DNA of 32,000 bases, from contig CP065004.1 in the NCBI GenBank assembly GCA_016700135.1, forward strand, positions 750,001 through 782,000, in the 5' to 3' direction. The translations under genes were made by a program, and so were the position numbers. The notes below the pieces were generated by a model, which searched no databases, was not told the DNA's origin, and saw only the letters and a list, made by a program, of their open reading frames with translations. Origin of the DNA: Candidatus Saccharimonadota bacterium (lineage in GTDB: Bacteria; Patescibacteriota; Microgenomatia; UBA1406; GWC2-37-13). Positions 8,847 to 18,333 of the stretch are shown one piece after another (position 1 is the first letter of the stretch; the number at the start of each line of letters is the position of its first letter).

Positions 8847-9031
8847 AACTTTCTATCATAAAGTATATGGAGCGTACAAATGAAAGTAAAGATAAAAAAA
8901 AGTATGTAAGATTTTTTACGGATGTCGGTATCATTTATTGGATTTGCGCGTTGTCATAAGTCACTTCTCATTTCGGCATGAAAACCGGTAAAAGTTGATA
9001 TCTGGCGCTAAAACGGGTACAATATCCTTCT

Positions 9032-9664
9032 ATGGAAAACCCTTTTGCGAAATTCCTGGATTCATTTCGGAATTTGCCGGATAAAAAGAAATATATTGAA
9101 GTTATAACTGCAACCCTTTCTATTCCGGTTCTTCTTTCTGTGATTTATATGAATTACATCAATATTCAGGAAAAAAGAAACGGACCTGATACCTCTGATC
9201 CTGTAGCCGAACAGCCGAAAGACACCACGCCAACAATCATTACCATCATACGGGATAATGATAATGAGCCGACAACCGCACCTGAAAATGAAGACGGGAC
9301 TCCGACTCCGACCCCGGAATCAAAAGGGGAGTGCATCAAGGATATCGGACCGATAGATATTCTGTCGCCGCAAGAAAACAGCACCGTGAGCGGAAATCCT
9401 TTAGATATTGACATCAGATATGACCAGGGAGATTACTGTTCGGTAGTTTGGAGTTATCGCATCAATAACGGTCAGTGGAGTGATTATTCAGACAATGATA
9501 TCGTTATCTATAATATGAGTTCGGGTAAAAAAACTCTTGAACTTCGCGTGAGAAGTTTGGTTTCCAATCAAAACAAAACACTTACCCGAGTCTTTACTTA
9601 TCAGAATACAGATGAACAGATTCCCACACCGACAAATACAGTAACTCCGGCAATCTCACAGTAA
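9032..9664 (+). CDS. Membrane-anchored protein with a Pro/Thr linker and a C-terminal Ig-like (Y_Y_Y-like) domain
   Basis: N-terminal TM (VITATLSIPVLLSVIYMNY), then a PT-rich linker. The C-terminal part WSYRINNGQWSDYSDNDIVIYNMSSGKKTLELRV resembles the Y_Y_Y beta-sandwich motif. TACAAT (9018-9023) lies 8 nt upstream of the ATG. Confidence 0.6.
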   Translation: MENPFAKFLDSFRNLPDKKKYIEVITATLSIPVLLSVIYMNYINIQEKRNGPDTSDPVAEQPKDTTPTIITIIRDNDNEPTTAPENEDGTPTPTPESKGECIKDIGPIDILSPQENSTVSGNPLDIDIRYDQGDYCSVVWSYRINNGQWSDYSDNDIVIYNMSSGKKTLELRVRSLVSNQNKTLTRVFTYQNTDEQIPTPTNTVTPAISQ

Positions 9665-9759
9665 GAAGTCGCTGCATTTTTTGGAATTCTGTCAAACCAG
9701 CGGTCCAAGCTACATATCAGGTAAAAGCAGGTTATGTGTTGTTGCTTAGACCTGTAGTT

Positions 9760-12700
9760 TTACTTTTCTTTATTACCCGTGCCGTACCAGGAATAGTAGA
9801 TCACCGGGATAAAAAACAGTTTGATAACTCCCGAAAAGAATAATCCGGCGATAATCGCACCTCCTAAACCTCTCCAGAGCGGGTCAGACAAGGTGATCGG
9901 CAGAAGTCCGAATATGGTAGTCAGCGATGTCAGCAGCACCGGTTCGAGTCGGCTTGCCGATGCGTCCAGAATTGATTCCTTCACCGGTATCCCTTCATTC
10001 ATATTACTGTTGATTTTATCAATAACAACGATGGCATTAGTCACTACAATTCCGAATAGAGCGAGAATTCCGATAAGAGCAGGGAAAGAAAGGGGAGTAC
10101 CGGTCAATGCGAAAACATAAAATACCCCAGAAATGGCAAGTGGAATCGTCATCATAACAATTGCTGACTGCCGGTATGAGCCAAATTCAATAATCATTGT
10201 AACTAAAATCAAAAGAAAGGATAATGCCATAGCCTGCAAAATTGAATTCACTGATTTCTGATTCTCCTCATTGATCCCTCCTGTTTGCCAGCGGTATCCG
10301 TTCGGGAGTTTCAGCGATTCTGCATAGGCTACGAGATCAGAGTTAATTTCCTGTATGTTGTATCCTACCTCAACAGAGCCAGAGACGGTAATGGTTCTCA
10401 AAGTGTCCTCATGAGAAATATTCGTCGGATTCGTACTCAATTTTAGCTCACCGAGGGATAAAAGAGGGACATTCCCCTGAGGAGACTGGATATAAAGCGA
10501 ACCGAGTTCTTCAGGAGTCACCTGTGCCTGCGAGAGGCGCAATGTAATATCGGTTTCTTCATCAAATCTGATGGTATCAAGGGTGAATCCTGATGCATAG
10601 GTGCGAAGCCACAAAGCCAGTGTTTCTCTCGAGATTCCCGCATCGGCCAGTTTATTCTGATCGGGGACAAATACGATTTTACTGGTACCGGACTTGTACG
10701 ATGTATCGACATTCGTCACTCCCGGTCGTTCTTCCAGGTAGTTCATAATTTCCTGAGTGTAACGGGTCAAAACTCCGTAGTCAGCACCAAGCAAACTGAT
10801 CTGGATGTCGGCTCCGGCAGGCGGGCCGCCTGAAAGCTCAATCACGCTGAGTCTTCCCCGTGAGTAATCTGCAAATCGTTCCCGCAGTTCCTGAGCGATC
10901 TCAATGGATGTTTTTTCCCGCTCTTCCGGGTCAGGAAGGGCAAATGTGATCAAAAAATTGGCAGGATCGGTACTGCGGTCAAATGTTGCCGTAAAACCAT
11001 ATCCTGTTTCGGTGATAACATAATCAACCTCAGGTATTTTTCGTACTTCCTGTGTCAGCGCGACAGCTTCTGCTGTTGTTGTTTGGATATCCGTACTGGG
11101 AGGAAGTGCTACCGAAAGATAGATGGTATTTTCATCGGTTTTCGGGAAGAATTCATTTTTGACCAAACCGAGCGGGACAAGCAGATATGAGACCAGAGCA
11201 AACACAACGAGAAATACGATGACATTCCTTCGGTTTGATTTTTTCGCCAAAATCCTGTTAAGCATGTTCCGATACTGGTAACTGACAGCTTCGAGATTGA
11301 TGATGCCTTCACTGACAATGCGGCTTCCGTACTGGCTAAATTTTTGCAAAGATTGATTTTTGTGATAATAATCTCTTATTGTGTCTATATAGATTTCACG
11401 CTTTGCATACAGCATCCACGCTGCAAGTCCCGCAACGAGGAGAATCGGTATAAGCAGTGCATTCTTCGGTGAAATAAGTGTCAGGACAGCGATAAAAATG
11501 ATTACACCCAGAATCTGAACCAGTACCCGGACACGATACGGAAGAACCAGTTTCAGGAATACGATCATTAATGGAATGGTGATAAGTACTGCAATTGATG
11601 TCGAGGAAATCATTGTTGCTGTTATGATAAGCGGGATCGGTTTTATAAACTCTCCGATGATACCCGTTGCCAGAAGGAGCGGGATAAATGACCAGATAGT
11701 CGTTGCCGTTGTGGACCAGATAGGAATAAAGAAATCTCTCCACACCAGAAGTCCCGTTTCTGAAGGTGTAAATTTTCCAGAAGCGTAGTATCGGGTCATA
11801 GCCGTGACGATGACAATCGTGTCATCGATCAGAAGACCAAGGGCAATCAGAAAGGAAAACAACGTTAGAAAGTTGAGAGAAAGCCCCAAACCGTTGGCAA
11901 CTGCAATTGCAGACAAAAAGGTAAGGGGAACGGTAAATGATGCGATAACCGCCTGTCTGAGTCCGAGAAACACCAGCAGCACCGTGAAAATCAGTAAAAC
12001 AGTTGTGGAAAATTCATGAAGAAGATCAGTAAACTGTTCGTCTATAAGATCTCCGTAGTTGCTGATAGTGAGCAGCTTCACAGTATTTTTATAGGGCTCA
12101 AGCTGTGTATCCACTCTTTGGACTGCAGCTTCAGCAGCCGTGTCGATATTTGAAGCATCAGCTTTATATACGAAAAATTGTACTGCCCGGCGGGAAGCAA
12201 TATTCTGATCAGCATAATATGTTTTATTTTGATCGGGAGCAGATATTTCTTTCACCTGTGCTATCTCTTCCAGGGTGACGATACGATCCGCAGTTGTGAT
12301 ACGGATAGACCTGATGTCATCAATGGTTGTGATTCCCGGATCAATAGTAAGAGAAAAGACGGAACCGTTCGCATTGATTGAACCTGCAGGATAGGAATTA
12401 GCCGTTCCACTAATGGCCTGAGACAAGACGAGAGGGGAGATACCGAATTCCTGTGCTTTCACCGGGTCGACAACTACCTGAATTTCCTGTTCTTCAAATC
12501 CGGATACCTGAACTTGTGACACTTCAGGAAGATCCTCCAAATCTTTTTTCAGATTTTCCGATAATGACATCAGTGAAGGCAAATCATCAGACGTCAATGC
12601 AAATGTCCATATCGGTTGGTTTTCAAAATCAAGCACTGCGACGCGGGGATCCTGTGCATCTTCGGGAAGATCGGTCACGGTATCAACTGCCTGTTGTACC

Positions 12701-13065
12701 TCGTCACGCGCTTCATCAGGATCTACCGTTGAGAGAAACTGAAGTACAATCGTGGATGCGTTGTCAAGTGAGGTTGAAGTGATAGTATCGACATCCTGCA
12801 CTGCTTTCAGCTTATCTTCAATGGGAATGGTGATAAGTGCCTCCATGTCTTCGGGTGTTGCACCGGGAAGGATTGTAGTGACGGTCACAATAGGAATTTC
12901 CACTTCCGGATTGAGGCGTCTCGGGATCTCAAAATAATTGATGATGCCGATAACAAAAATACTCAATATAAGGAGAAACACGAGTCGGAAGTTGGTGATA
13001 AATTTTCCGTGAATAGTGTTTTTAAGTCTGGGGTCGAATTGTATTCTGTCTAGATATGAGGCCAT
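9760..13065 (-). CDS. RND-superfamily efflux transporter permease (AcrB/HAE-like)
   Basis: 1101 aa with the 12-TM, two-large-loop RND architecture. The two halves are duplicated, and the TM4/TM10-like segments LGLLIDDTIVIV and LFGIVVTNAIVVID are present. Confidence 0.9.
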   Translation of the reverse strand: MASYLDRIQFDPRLKNTIHGKFITNFRLVFLLILSIFVIGIINYFEIPRRLNPEVEIPIVTVTTILPGATPEDMEALITIPIEDKLKAVQDVDTITSTSLDNASTIVLQFLSTVDPDEARDEVQQAVDTVTDLPEDAQDPRVAVLDFENQPIWTFALTSDDLPSLMSLSENLKKDLEDLPEVSQVQVSGFEEQEIQVVVDPVKAQEFGISPLVLSQAISGTANSYPAGSINANGSVFSLTIDPGITTIDDIRSIRITTADRIVTLEEIAQVKEISAPDQNKTYYADQNIASRRAVQFFVYKADASNIDTAAEAAVQRVDTQLEPYKNTVKLLTISNYGDLIDEQFTDLLHEFSTTVLLIFTVLLVFLGLRQAVIASFTVPLTFLSAIAVANGLGLSLNFLTLFSFLIALGLLIDDTIVIVTAMTRYYASGKFTPSETGLLVWRDFFIPIWSTTATTIWSFIPLLLATGIIGEFIKPIPLIITATMISSTSIAVLITIPLMIVFLKLVLPYRVRVLVQILGVIIFIAVLTLISPKNALLIPILLVAGLAAWMLYAKREIYIDTIRDYYHKNQSLQKFSQYGSRIVSEGIINLEAVSYQYRNMLNRILAKKSNRRNVIVFLVVFALVSYLLVPLGLVKNEFFPKTDENTIYLSVALPPSTDIQTTTAEAVALTQEVRKIPEVDYVITETGYGFTATFDRSTDPANFLITFALPDPEEREKTSIEIAQELRERFADYSRGRLSVIELSGGPPAGADIQISLLGADYGVLTRYTQEIMNYLEERPGVTNVDTSYKSGTSKIVFVPDQNKLADAGISRETLALWLRTYASGFTLDTIRFDEETDITLRLSQAQVTPEELGSLYIQSPQGNVPLLSLGELKLSTNPTNISHEDTLRTITVSGSVEVGYNIQEINSDLVAYAESLKLPNGYRWQTGGINEENQKSVNSILQAMALSFLLILVTMIIEFGSYRQSAIVMMTIPLAISGVFYVFALTGTPLSFPALIGILALFGIVVTNAIVVIDKINSNMNEGIPVKESILDASASRLEPVLLTSLTTIFGLLPITLSDPLWRGLGGAIIAGLFFSGVIKLFFIPVIYYSWYGTGNKEK

Positions 13066-13108
13066 GTTTGATATATAAATTCAGATGTTAGAGTTTTGAT
13101 TTTACTTT

Positions 13109-13181
13109 GTCATTCCGACCGAAGTGGAGGAATCCCTTTTATATGATCGAAAGAGATCTCTCGACTTGCGCTCGAGATGAC
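13109..13181. repeat. Imperfect palindromic REP/MITE-like element between the adaptor and RND genes
   Basis: Arm 1 is GTCATTCCGACCGAAGTGGAGGAATCC (13109-13135). The reverse complement of arm 2 (13154-13181) is GTCATCTCGAGCGCAAGTCGAGAGATCT. The two arms share a GTCAT...GA...GA(G/A)ATC design in inverted orientation. Confidence 0.55.
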
Positions 13182-13202
13182 AGTATTTGGGTGATTTATA
13201 AA

Positions 13203-14657
13203 CTATTTCTCAACAACCTTGTCTCCGCCTACGACATTCCGGTCGAGGATGATGACATCTCCTGATTCCAATCCCTGTTCGACTTCGACGAAACGCCCTA
13301 TCACAGAGCCGAGAGTGAGATCACGAGCTACAGCTTTGCCGTTTTCAATTACAAAGACATGAGAGCTTTCCTGTGTCTGGTATACGCTGTCAATAGGAAT
13401 GTAGGGGACAGAGGCAGATGTATCATAGTATCCGATCGGGATAGTGACATTTATATATCCGTCATCGGTCACGTACTGGTGATACGAATCAGGAATAGGG
13501 AAAAATATCCCGTACAAATTTCCCTGTACGGCATCCCGGGAAATGTATGACGGGTATGTCTCATAGCTGATTGTTCCGATCGTAAGGACACTCGGTTCAG
13601 CATACGTTGTTTTTAGAGCAATCTCGCGGGGGACATAAGCGATCGCGACGATCGGATCTTCTTCAATCTCCTGAGACAGAATCATCAGTGGTGTCCCCGG
13701 ATTGACGGCCTCTCCGATTTTGACCAGTACGCGCTGTACTGTCGCATTAAAGGGAGAAGACGGATACATCATCGCAGCCTGTACTTGGGATACCTGGAGC
13801 TGCAGTTTTGTGACATCGCGGTTCAGGTCCAGTGCTTTTTCCTGAATTTCAAGCTGTTTGATTGTAATATCCTTTTGCAAATTGGAAAGTTCAGCCTGCG
13901 GTTTATCACCGGCTATGCTGTATTCGGTATTTCTTAAACCCGATCGGAGCTGGTTTAGAGCAGACAGAATTTGCGATTTCTGCTGAATGTAAGGCAAAAT
14001 CTGCGTGTCGGTTGCGCCGCCCGTTTCCAGATCAGCGATGATTGTTTCGACCATTTTGAGCGCGCTGTCATTGACGTCGATCATTCCTTTTGTTTCTTCA
14101 ATGGATTTCTGAGAAATATTCCTCAGTTCATCTGCATTCTGATCGGTTTTATTTGCAATTTCCTTCTGTTTTGCAATAATTTCTTTTTGTGTATCGTACG
14201 TTTCATTGATATTCTGAAGCTGTCTCGCAGCTATCCTGCTTTGCAGATATGCGGCGTTTCCTCCCTGATAATTGGTAGATGTCGTAAGGAGAGTCGATCC
14301 CTGTGCGACATAGTCTCCCGGAGCATAATAAATATTCTGCACTACACCCGGAGAAAGTGCAGTGATCGTAACCACACCTGATTTTTCGACCTGTGCCTGC
14401 ACGGTCATTTTCGGCGGTTCGCCGATGCGATATACCTGGACAGATTTTGCTTCCTGTTCTTCCTGTTTTTCTGTTTCTTCGGGCTGACGGAACATGTTTC
14501 CCACCACGATAAGAATAAGCAAAAGCCCCAGCAGTGCAAAAAGTGTCGCAAAAGGGTGCACAGAAGCAAACTTCATTATTTTTTTACTGGGTTTTCTAGT
14601 GATAGAGAAGAAGCGTTGTTTTATCGCCTTAAAAAAACCTATAATATTATTTTTCAT
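13203..14657 (-). CDS. Efflux membrane-fusion (periplasmic adaptor, HlyD-like) protein
   Basis: N-terminal TM anchor, lipoyl-like hairpin (GDYVAQGSTLL), long coiled-coil (residues about 150-300) and a beta-barrel C-terminus. It lies immediately upstream of the RND gene on the same strand. Confidence 0.8.
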   Translation of the reverse strand: MKNNIIGFFKAIKQRFFSITRKPSKKIMKFASVHPFATLFALLGLLLILIVVGNMFRQPEETEKQEEQEAKSVQVYRIGEPPKMTVQAQVEKSGVVTITALSPGVVQNIYYAPGDYVAQGSTLLTTSTNYQGGNAAYLQSRIAARQLQNINETYDTQKEIIAKQKEIANKTDQNADELRNISQKSIEETKGMIDVNDSALKMVETIIADLETGGATDTQILPYIQQKSQILSALNQLRSGLRNTEYSIAGDKPQAELSNLQKDITIKQLEIQEKALDLNRDVTKLQLQVSQVQAAMMYPSSPFNATVQRVLVKIGEAVNPGTPLMILSQEIEEDPIVAIAYVPREIALKTTYAEPSVLTIGTISYETYPSYISRDAVQGNLYGIFFPIPDSYHQYVTDDGYINVTIPIGYYDTSASVPYIPIDSVYQTQESSHVFVIENGKAVARDLTLGSVIGRFVEVEQGLESGDVIILDRNVVGGDKVVEK

Positions 14658-14815
14658 AAGCTTAACATTATATCAGATTCTGAAATAAATTGGAAATTAA
14701 TTAAGGTAATTATTATTGCAACAGAAAAGCAATCTCCAAAAATACCTACAGCACAGTACTGTATTGTTCCGTAATTCCGAGATTTATATAATTTGTCCTA
14801 TAATTTTTCTTTGTT

Positions 14816-15835
14816 CCTTTCGGTCTCGGCGCGTTCGTTGTTGGTCCATGGCTGTTCCCGGGACAGGAAAGCATTACGTACCTGTTCATCGGGTCTGCCT
14901 TGGTGGCGACTTCGGTCGGTATTACCGCCGCGGTTTACCAAAGCGTCGGAACTCTGAAGATGAAGTCCAGCCAAACGGTGCTCGGTGCGGCCGTCATCGA
15001 TGACGTCCTGGGCCTGCTGGTCCTGGCGGTCGTCTCGGCGATGGCAAGCGGGGGAGAAGTGACCCCCATGTTCATCAGCACTTTGGTGCTGAAGGCAGTT
15101 GGGTTTCTGGCAATCGCGGTACTGCTCGGCGACTTTCTCGCAACCGGCTTGTCCAAGGCATTCTCTTCAATCAGCACAGGCCACGGCATGAAGCTCGCTA
15201 TGGCTCTATCGCTGGCGTTGGTTTTTGCCTATCTCGCGTCCGTTGTGGGGCTTGCCCCGATCGTCGGCGCATTTGCTGCAGGCCTGATCCTGGACAAAGT
15301 ACACTTTGACCGGTTCAACGAACCGCAAATCGTGCGCGAACTGAAGGAACTGCAGTTTGCAGATCCCAAGGCCCAGGCCAAAGTCGAAGCGCTGATCCAT
15401 CACCATGACCATGCCCACGTCGAAGAGCTCGTCAAGAGTATCGGGTACCTCATCGTGCCCGTCTTCTTCGTGTTCATCGGACTCATGGTGGATGCGGCAA
15501 GCCTGCTCAATCCGTCGGTCTACATTACCGCTGCCGTACTTTCGGTGGCGGCGATCGTGGGCAAGCTGGTAGCCGGTGTGGCTGCTGAGGGAAGCACTCT
15601 AGAGAAGCTGTATGTGGGAGTCTCAATGATCCCTCGTGGTGAGGTCGGTTTGATCTTTGCGGCCGTCGGAAAGTCTCTGGGTGTCATTCCCAGCGATATT
15701 TTCTCGACGATCATCCTGGTGATCATCATCTCGACCATCATTCCGCCAAGCTTCGTGAGCATGCTCGGCCACAAGCTTGCAGCTCTCAAGAAGGAACCAG
15801 AAGTTCCGACGGTTGAATTCGTTCCGGCAGAATGA
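14816..15835 (+). pseudogene. 5'-truncated GC-rich copy of a CPA2-type cation:proton antiporter, paralog of 16051..17451
   Basis: The frame is open from 14804. From 14816 the translation PFGLGAFVVGPWLFPGQESITYLFIGSALVATSVGITAAVYQS aligns gap-free with residues from about 145 onward of the neighbouring 466-aa antiporter. The N-terminal 145 residues or so and any ATG are missing; only TTG/GTG codons occur at 14900/14903. Base composition changes abruptly at 14816. Confidence 0.75.
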
Positions 15836-15950
15836 GTTACACCTCAGGATGTGGTCCGACAATGGTGTCGGGCCGGACTCTTCCCCTTCCACAATGGCGT
15901 GGGAGAGTGGAGGAGGGACCATACATCCTTCTGACAACTGAATATGAATA

Positions 15951-15991
15951 CCCCGCCAAGTCTGCTCCAAAAAGCAGATCGCGGGGTTTTT
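15951..15991 (+). terminator. Rho-independent terminator belonging to the GC-rich antiporter fragment
   Basis: CCCCGC..TCTGCT-ccaaaa-AGCAGA..GCGGGG forms a nested stem, followed by TTTTT (15987-15991). Confidence 0.7.
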
Positions 15992-15998
15992 CATGGCC

Positions 15999-16030
15999 AA
16001 AAAAATCCCCCGTACGATGGCGGGGGATTT
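15999..16030 (-). terminator. Rho-independent terminator of the full-length antiporter gene
   Basis: Stem AAATCCCCCG/CGGGGGATTT (16003-16030), 20 nt after the stop codon. On the minus strand it is followed by a T-run (A-run 15999-16005 on the plus strand). Confidence 0.75.
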
Positions 16031-16050
16031 AGATTTCTTTACAGTAAAGA

Positions 16051-17451
16051 TTATTTCTCTTCAGCTTTCAGCTTCAAAGCCAGCTTATTGATGAATGCCG
16101 GCGGAATCAGTGTTGAGAGAATAATTACCAGGATAATAGTTGAGAACACACTGTCAGGAATAGCACCAAGTGCTTTTCCGGTAGCGGCAAAGATCAAACC
16201 GACCTCACCCCGCGGAATCATAGAGACACCGACAAAGAGTTTCTGCAAACGATTACCTTCTGCTGCAATACCTGCTACCAGTTTACCGACGATGGCAACA
16301 ATTGTCAGAGCCACACCGGTAATATACACGGCCGGATTAAGCAATGATCCTGCATCTACCATAAGTCCTGTGAAAACGAAGAATATCGGGATAATAAGCA
16401 TTCCGATGTTCTTGATAAGTTCTTCAACATGAGCATGCTGATGTTTGTGAATCAGATGATCAATTTTTTCTTTTTCTGCTTTATCAAATCCGCGCAGTTT
16501 TTTCAGATCATAAGCAATTTCGGGAAGATTGAACGAATTGAAATGAACCTGATCGAGTACAAGACCTGCGGCAAATGCACCGACGATCGGGGCAAGTCCG
16601 ACTAGAGATGCCAGATAGGCATAGACCAATGCAAATGTGAGTGCGAGTGCAAGCTTCATACCTGTTCCGGTATTGACCATTGAGAACACTTTCGACAGTG
16701 TTTTGGCAAGAACGTCACCAAGAGCAACAGCAGCACCGAGGAATACCACGGCCTTCAATGTGAGTTCCATAATGAAGGCAGGTGTGACATCTCCTCCTGA
16801 GGCGATTGCTGAGACAACGGCAAGAACGAGAAGTCCAAGAACGTCATCAATAACCGCTGCGCCGAGGACAGTCTGGCTGGCTTTCATCTTCAGGACACCG
16901 ACACTCTGATAGACAGAGGCTGTGATACCGACTGATGTAGCAACCATGGCTGCACCGATAAAGAGATACGTAACCTGTTCAAGTCCGGGGAACAGCATAG
17001 GACCTACGACAAAGGTTCCCATTGCAAAAGGAGCAATAACTCCGATAACAGCAACCATGAGTGCACGGGTTCCCACTTTTTTCATCTGACCGATATTAGA
17101 TTCCAGTCCGATTTGAAACAAGAGAAGAACTGCGCCGAGTTCGGCGAAGAATTCCATTGAGATATTATGTCGGATCTCTTCAATAAGATGAAAACCGAAA
17201 TACCCTGCGATGGAGAGGGCGATACCTGCAAGAAGCTCTCCTACAACAGAAGGCTGTCCGTAACGTTCAATAATACCTCCGAACTTCGCTGCAATAAGCA
17301 GGATAGCCAGAAAGAGAAAGGTAAGTGAGATCGGGGCCTCAGCTGCGCCTTCTTCAACCGGTGCTCCGGAAGCAAATGCGACAAGAGGTACGATCAAAAA
17401 CACACCGAGACTCAGGATGTATGGCAAAAGTGCCATGGTGATTTTTTTCAT
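16051..17451 (-). CDS. Cation:proton antiporter (Na+/H+ or K+/H+ exchanger family, CPA2-like), full length
   Basis: 466-aa polytopic protein. Motifs AAVIDDVLGLLVLAVV and SMIPRGEVGLIFA are typical of Kef/NapA-type exchangers. AAGGA lies upstream of the ATG. Confidence 0.88.
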   Translation of the reverse strand: MKKITMALLPYILSLGVFLIVPLVAFASGAPVEEGAAEAPISLTFLFLAILLIAAKFGGIIERYGQPSVVGELLAGIALSIAGYFGFHLIEEIRHNISMEFFAELGAVLLLFQIGLESNIGQMKKVGTRALMVAVIGVIAPFAMGTFVVGPMLFPGLEQVTYLFIGAAMVATSVGITASVYQSVGVLKMKASQTVLGAAVIDDVLGLLVLAVVSAIASGGDVTPAFIMELTLKAVVFLGAAVALGDVLAKTLSKVFSMVNTGTGMKLALALTFALVYAYLASLVGLAPIVGAFAAGLVLDQVHFNSFNLPEIAYDLKKLRGFDKAEKEKIDHLIHKHQHAHVEELIKNIGMLIIPIFFVFTGLMVDAGSLLNPAVYITGVALTIVAIVGKLVAGIAAEGNRLQKLFVGVSMIPRGEVGLIFAATGKALGAIPDSVFSTIILVIILSTLIPPAFINKLALKLKAEEK

Positions 17452-17483
17452 ATCCTTAGTGAAATTTATAAATTTTTTGGAAC

Positions 17484-17513
17484 AAAAAATAGCCCTTATC
17501 AGATTTTAGGGCT
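17484..17513 (-). terminator. Possible terminator downstream of the 17628 gene
   Basis: AGCCCT(17491-17496)/AGGGCT(17508-17513) forms a 6-bp stem followed by a T-run on the minus strand. The stem is short and lies about 115 nt from the stop codon. Confidence 0.35.
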
Positions 17514-17627
17514 GCAGGTCAATTATAGAGACGGTAAAAATAAATTCCAATATGCATCTGTGATGTAGGATTTCGACAATAAAAGAACACAAAAAAAGAG
17601 AAGAATATCTATCTCTAAAGCGTCAAA

Positions 17628-18200
17628 TTAGAGTTTTTCTTCCATATCTTCTTCGATAAGCTTGCGAAGATAGACTGATTTAGGGAGTTTTTCTTTCTTT
17701 GCTATCGTATCAAGATATGAGGCGATCTTGGGTGTGATAAAAAACGTGAAACGCAGATCGGCTTTTGAATCAATATAGTGGATAAAATCCTCTAAAATTC
17801 CGGGAAGTGTCTGCAGAGTATATTTCTCGCAGAGCAGTTTCTCGTCGGAATGATGGGCGAGTAAGCTGGGAGGTTCTCCTTCGCTGTAAAGTACAAGGAC
17901 TGGTTTGCCGACACGAAGCGCCAGAGAAATTTCATATCCGACACTGATACTCGGGAATGAGGTATCAGCAATCAGTGCATCACTTGAATGAATCCATTTT
18001 TCAAGCTGATTATGGAACTTCAATCGATCTTCACGGGATGCATGGTTGACTTCACTTTCCGATACATGAAGAATATGATCGGCAATAATACTATGACCTT
18101 TTTTCTCAATATATTCGACAATTTTTCGATAGTTGTCAATATACTGGTCTTTGGCAGCTATTGATGCAGTAAAATAAATTTTCAGTGTTTTCTTAGCCAT
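17628..18200 (-). CDS. Nucleoside 2-deoxyribosyltransferase/SLOG-like Rossmannoid domain fused to a C-terminal ribbon-helix-helix-like tail
   Basis: KIYFTASI... N-terminal strand, and SDALIADTSFPSISVGYEISLALRVGKPVLVLY, which matches the D-x-G-T-x-x-E-x-G-x-A-x-x-x-GKPV pattern of that fold. The C-terminal RFTFFITPKIASYLDTIAKKEKLPKSVYLRKLIEEDM looks like a CopG/Arc RHH. The ATG at 18200 lies 7 nt downstream of TATAAT (reverse complement of 18208-18213). Confidence 0.6.
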   Translation of the reverse strand: MAKKTLKIYFTASIAAKDQYIDNYRKIVEYIEKKGHSIIADHILHVSESEVNHASREDRLKFHNQLEKWIHSSDALIADTSFPSISVGYEISLALRVGKPVLVLYSEGEPPSLLAHHSDEKLLCEKYTLQTLPGILEDFIHYIDSKADLRFTFFITPKIASYLDTIAKKEKLPKSVYLRKLIEEDMEEKL

Positions 18201-18333
18201 ATGAGTTATTATACCATTGTAACAATGCATATTAAAGAGTTATCGCATTACTTACGGTTCTCTAACACGCTCACGTAAGAAATATGCTATAGTTAAGATA
18301 GGAAACTAATTATTACTATTTATTTATATAACT

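Noticed and set aside
9821-12937. Numerous 60-115-aa ORFs on both strands inside the RND gene
   Set aside because: All are nested within the 1101-aa RND ORF, whose duplicated 6-TM architecture is intact.
15520-16432. ORFs 15520-15789(-), 15623-16000(-) and 15944-16432(+), two of which share the peptide AAKIKPTSPRGIIETPT. At first sight this looked like a repeated small gene.
   Set aside because: The shared peptide is simply the antisense translation of the conserved SMIPRGEVGLIFAA motif in the two antiporter paralogs. The ORFs are shadows, favoured by GC-rich sequence.
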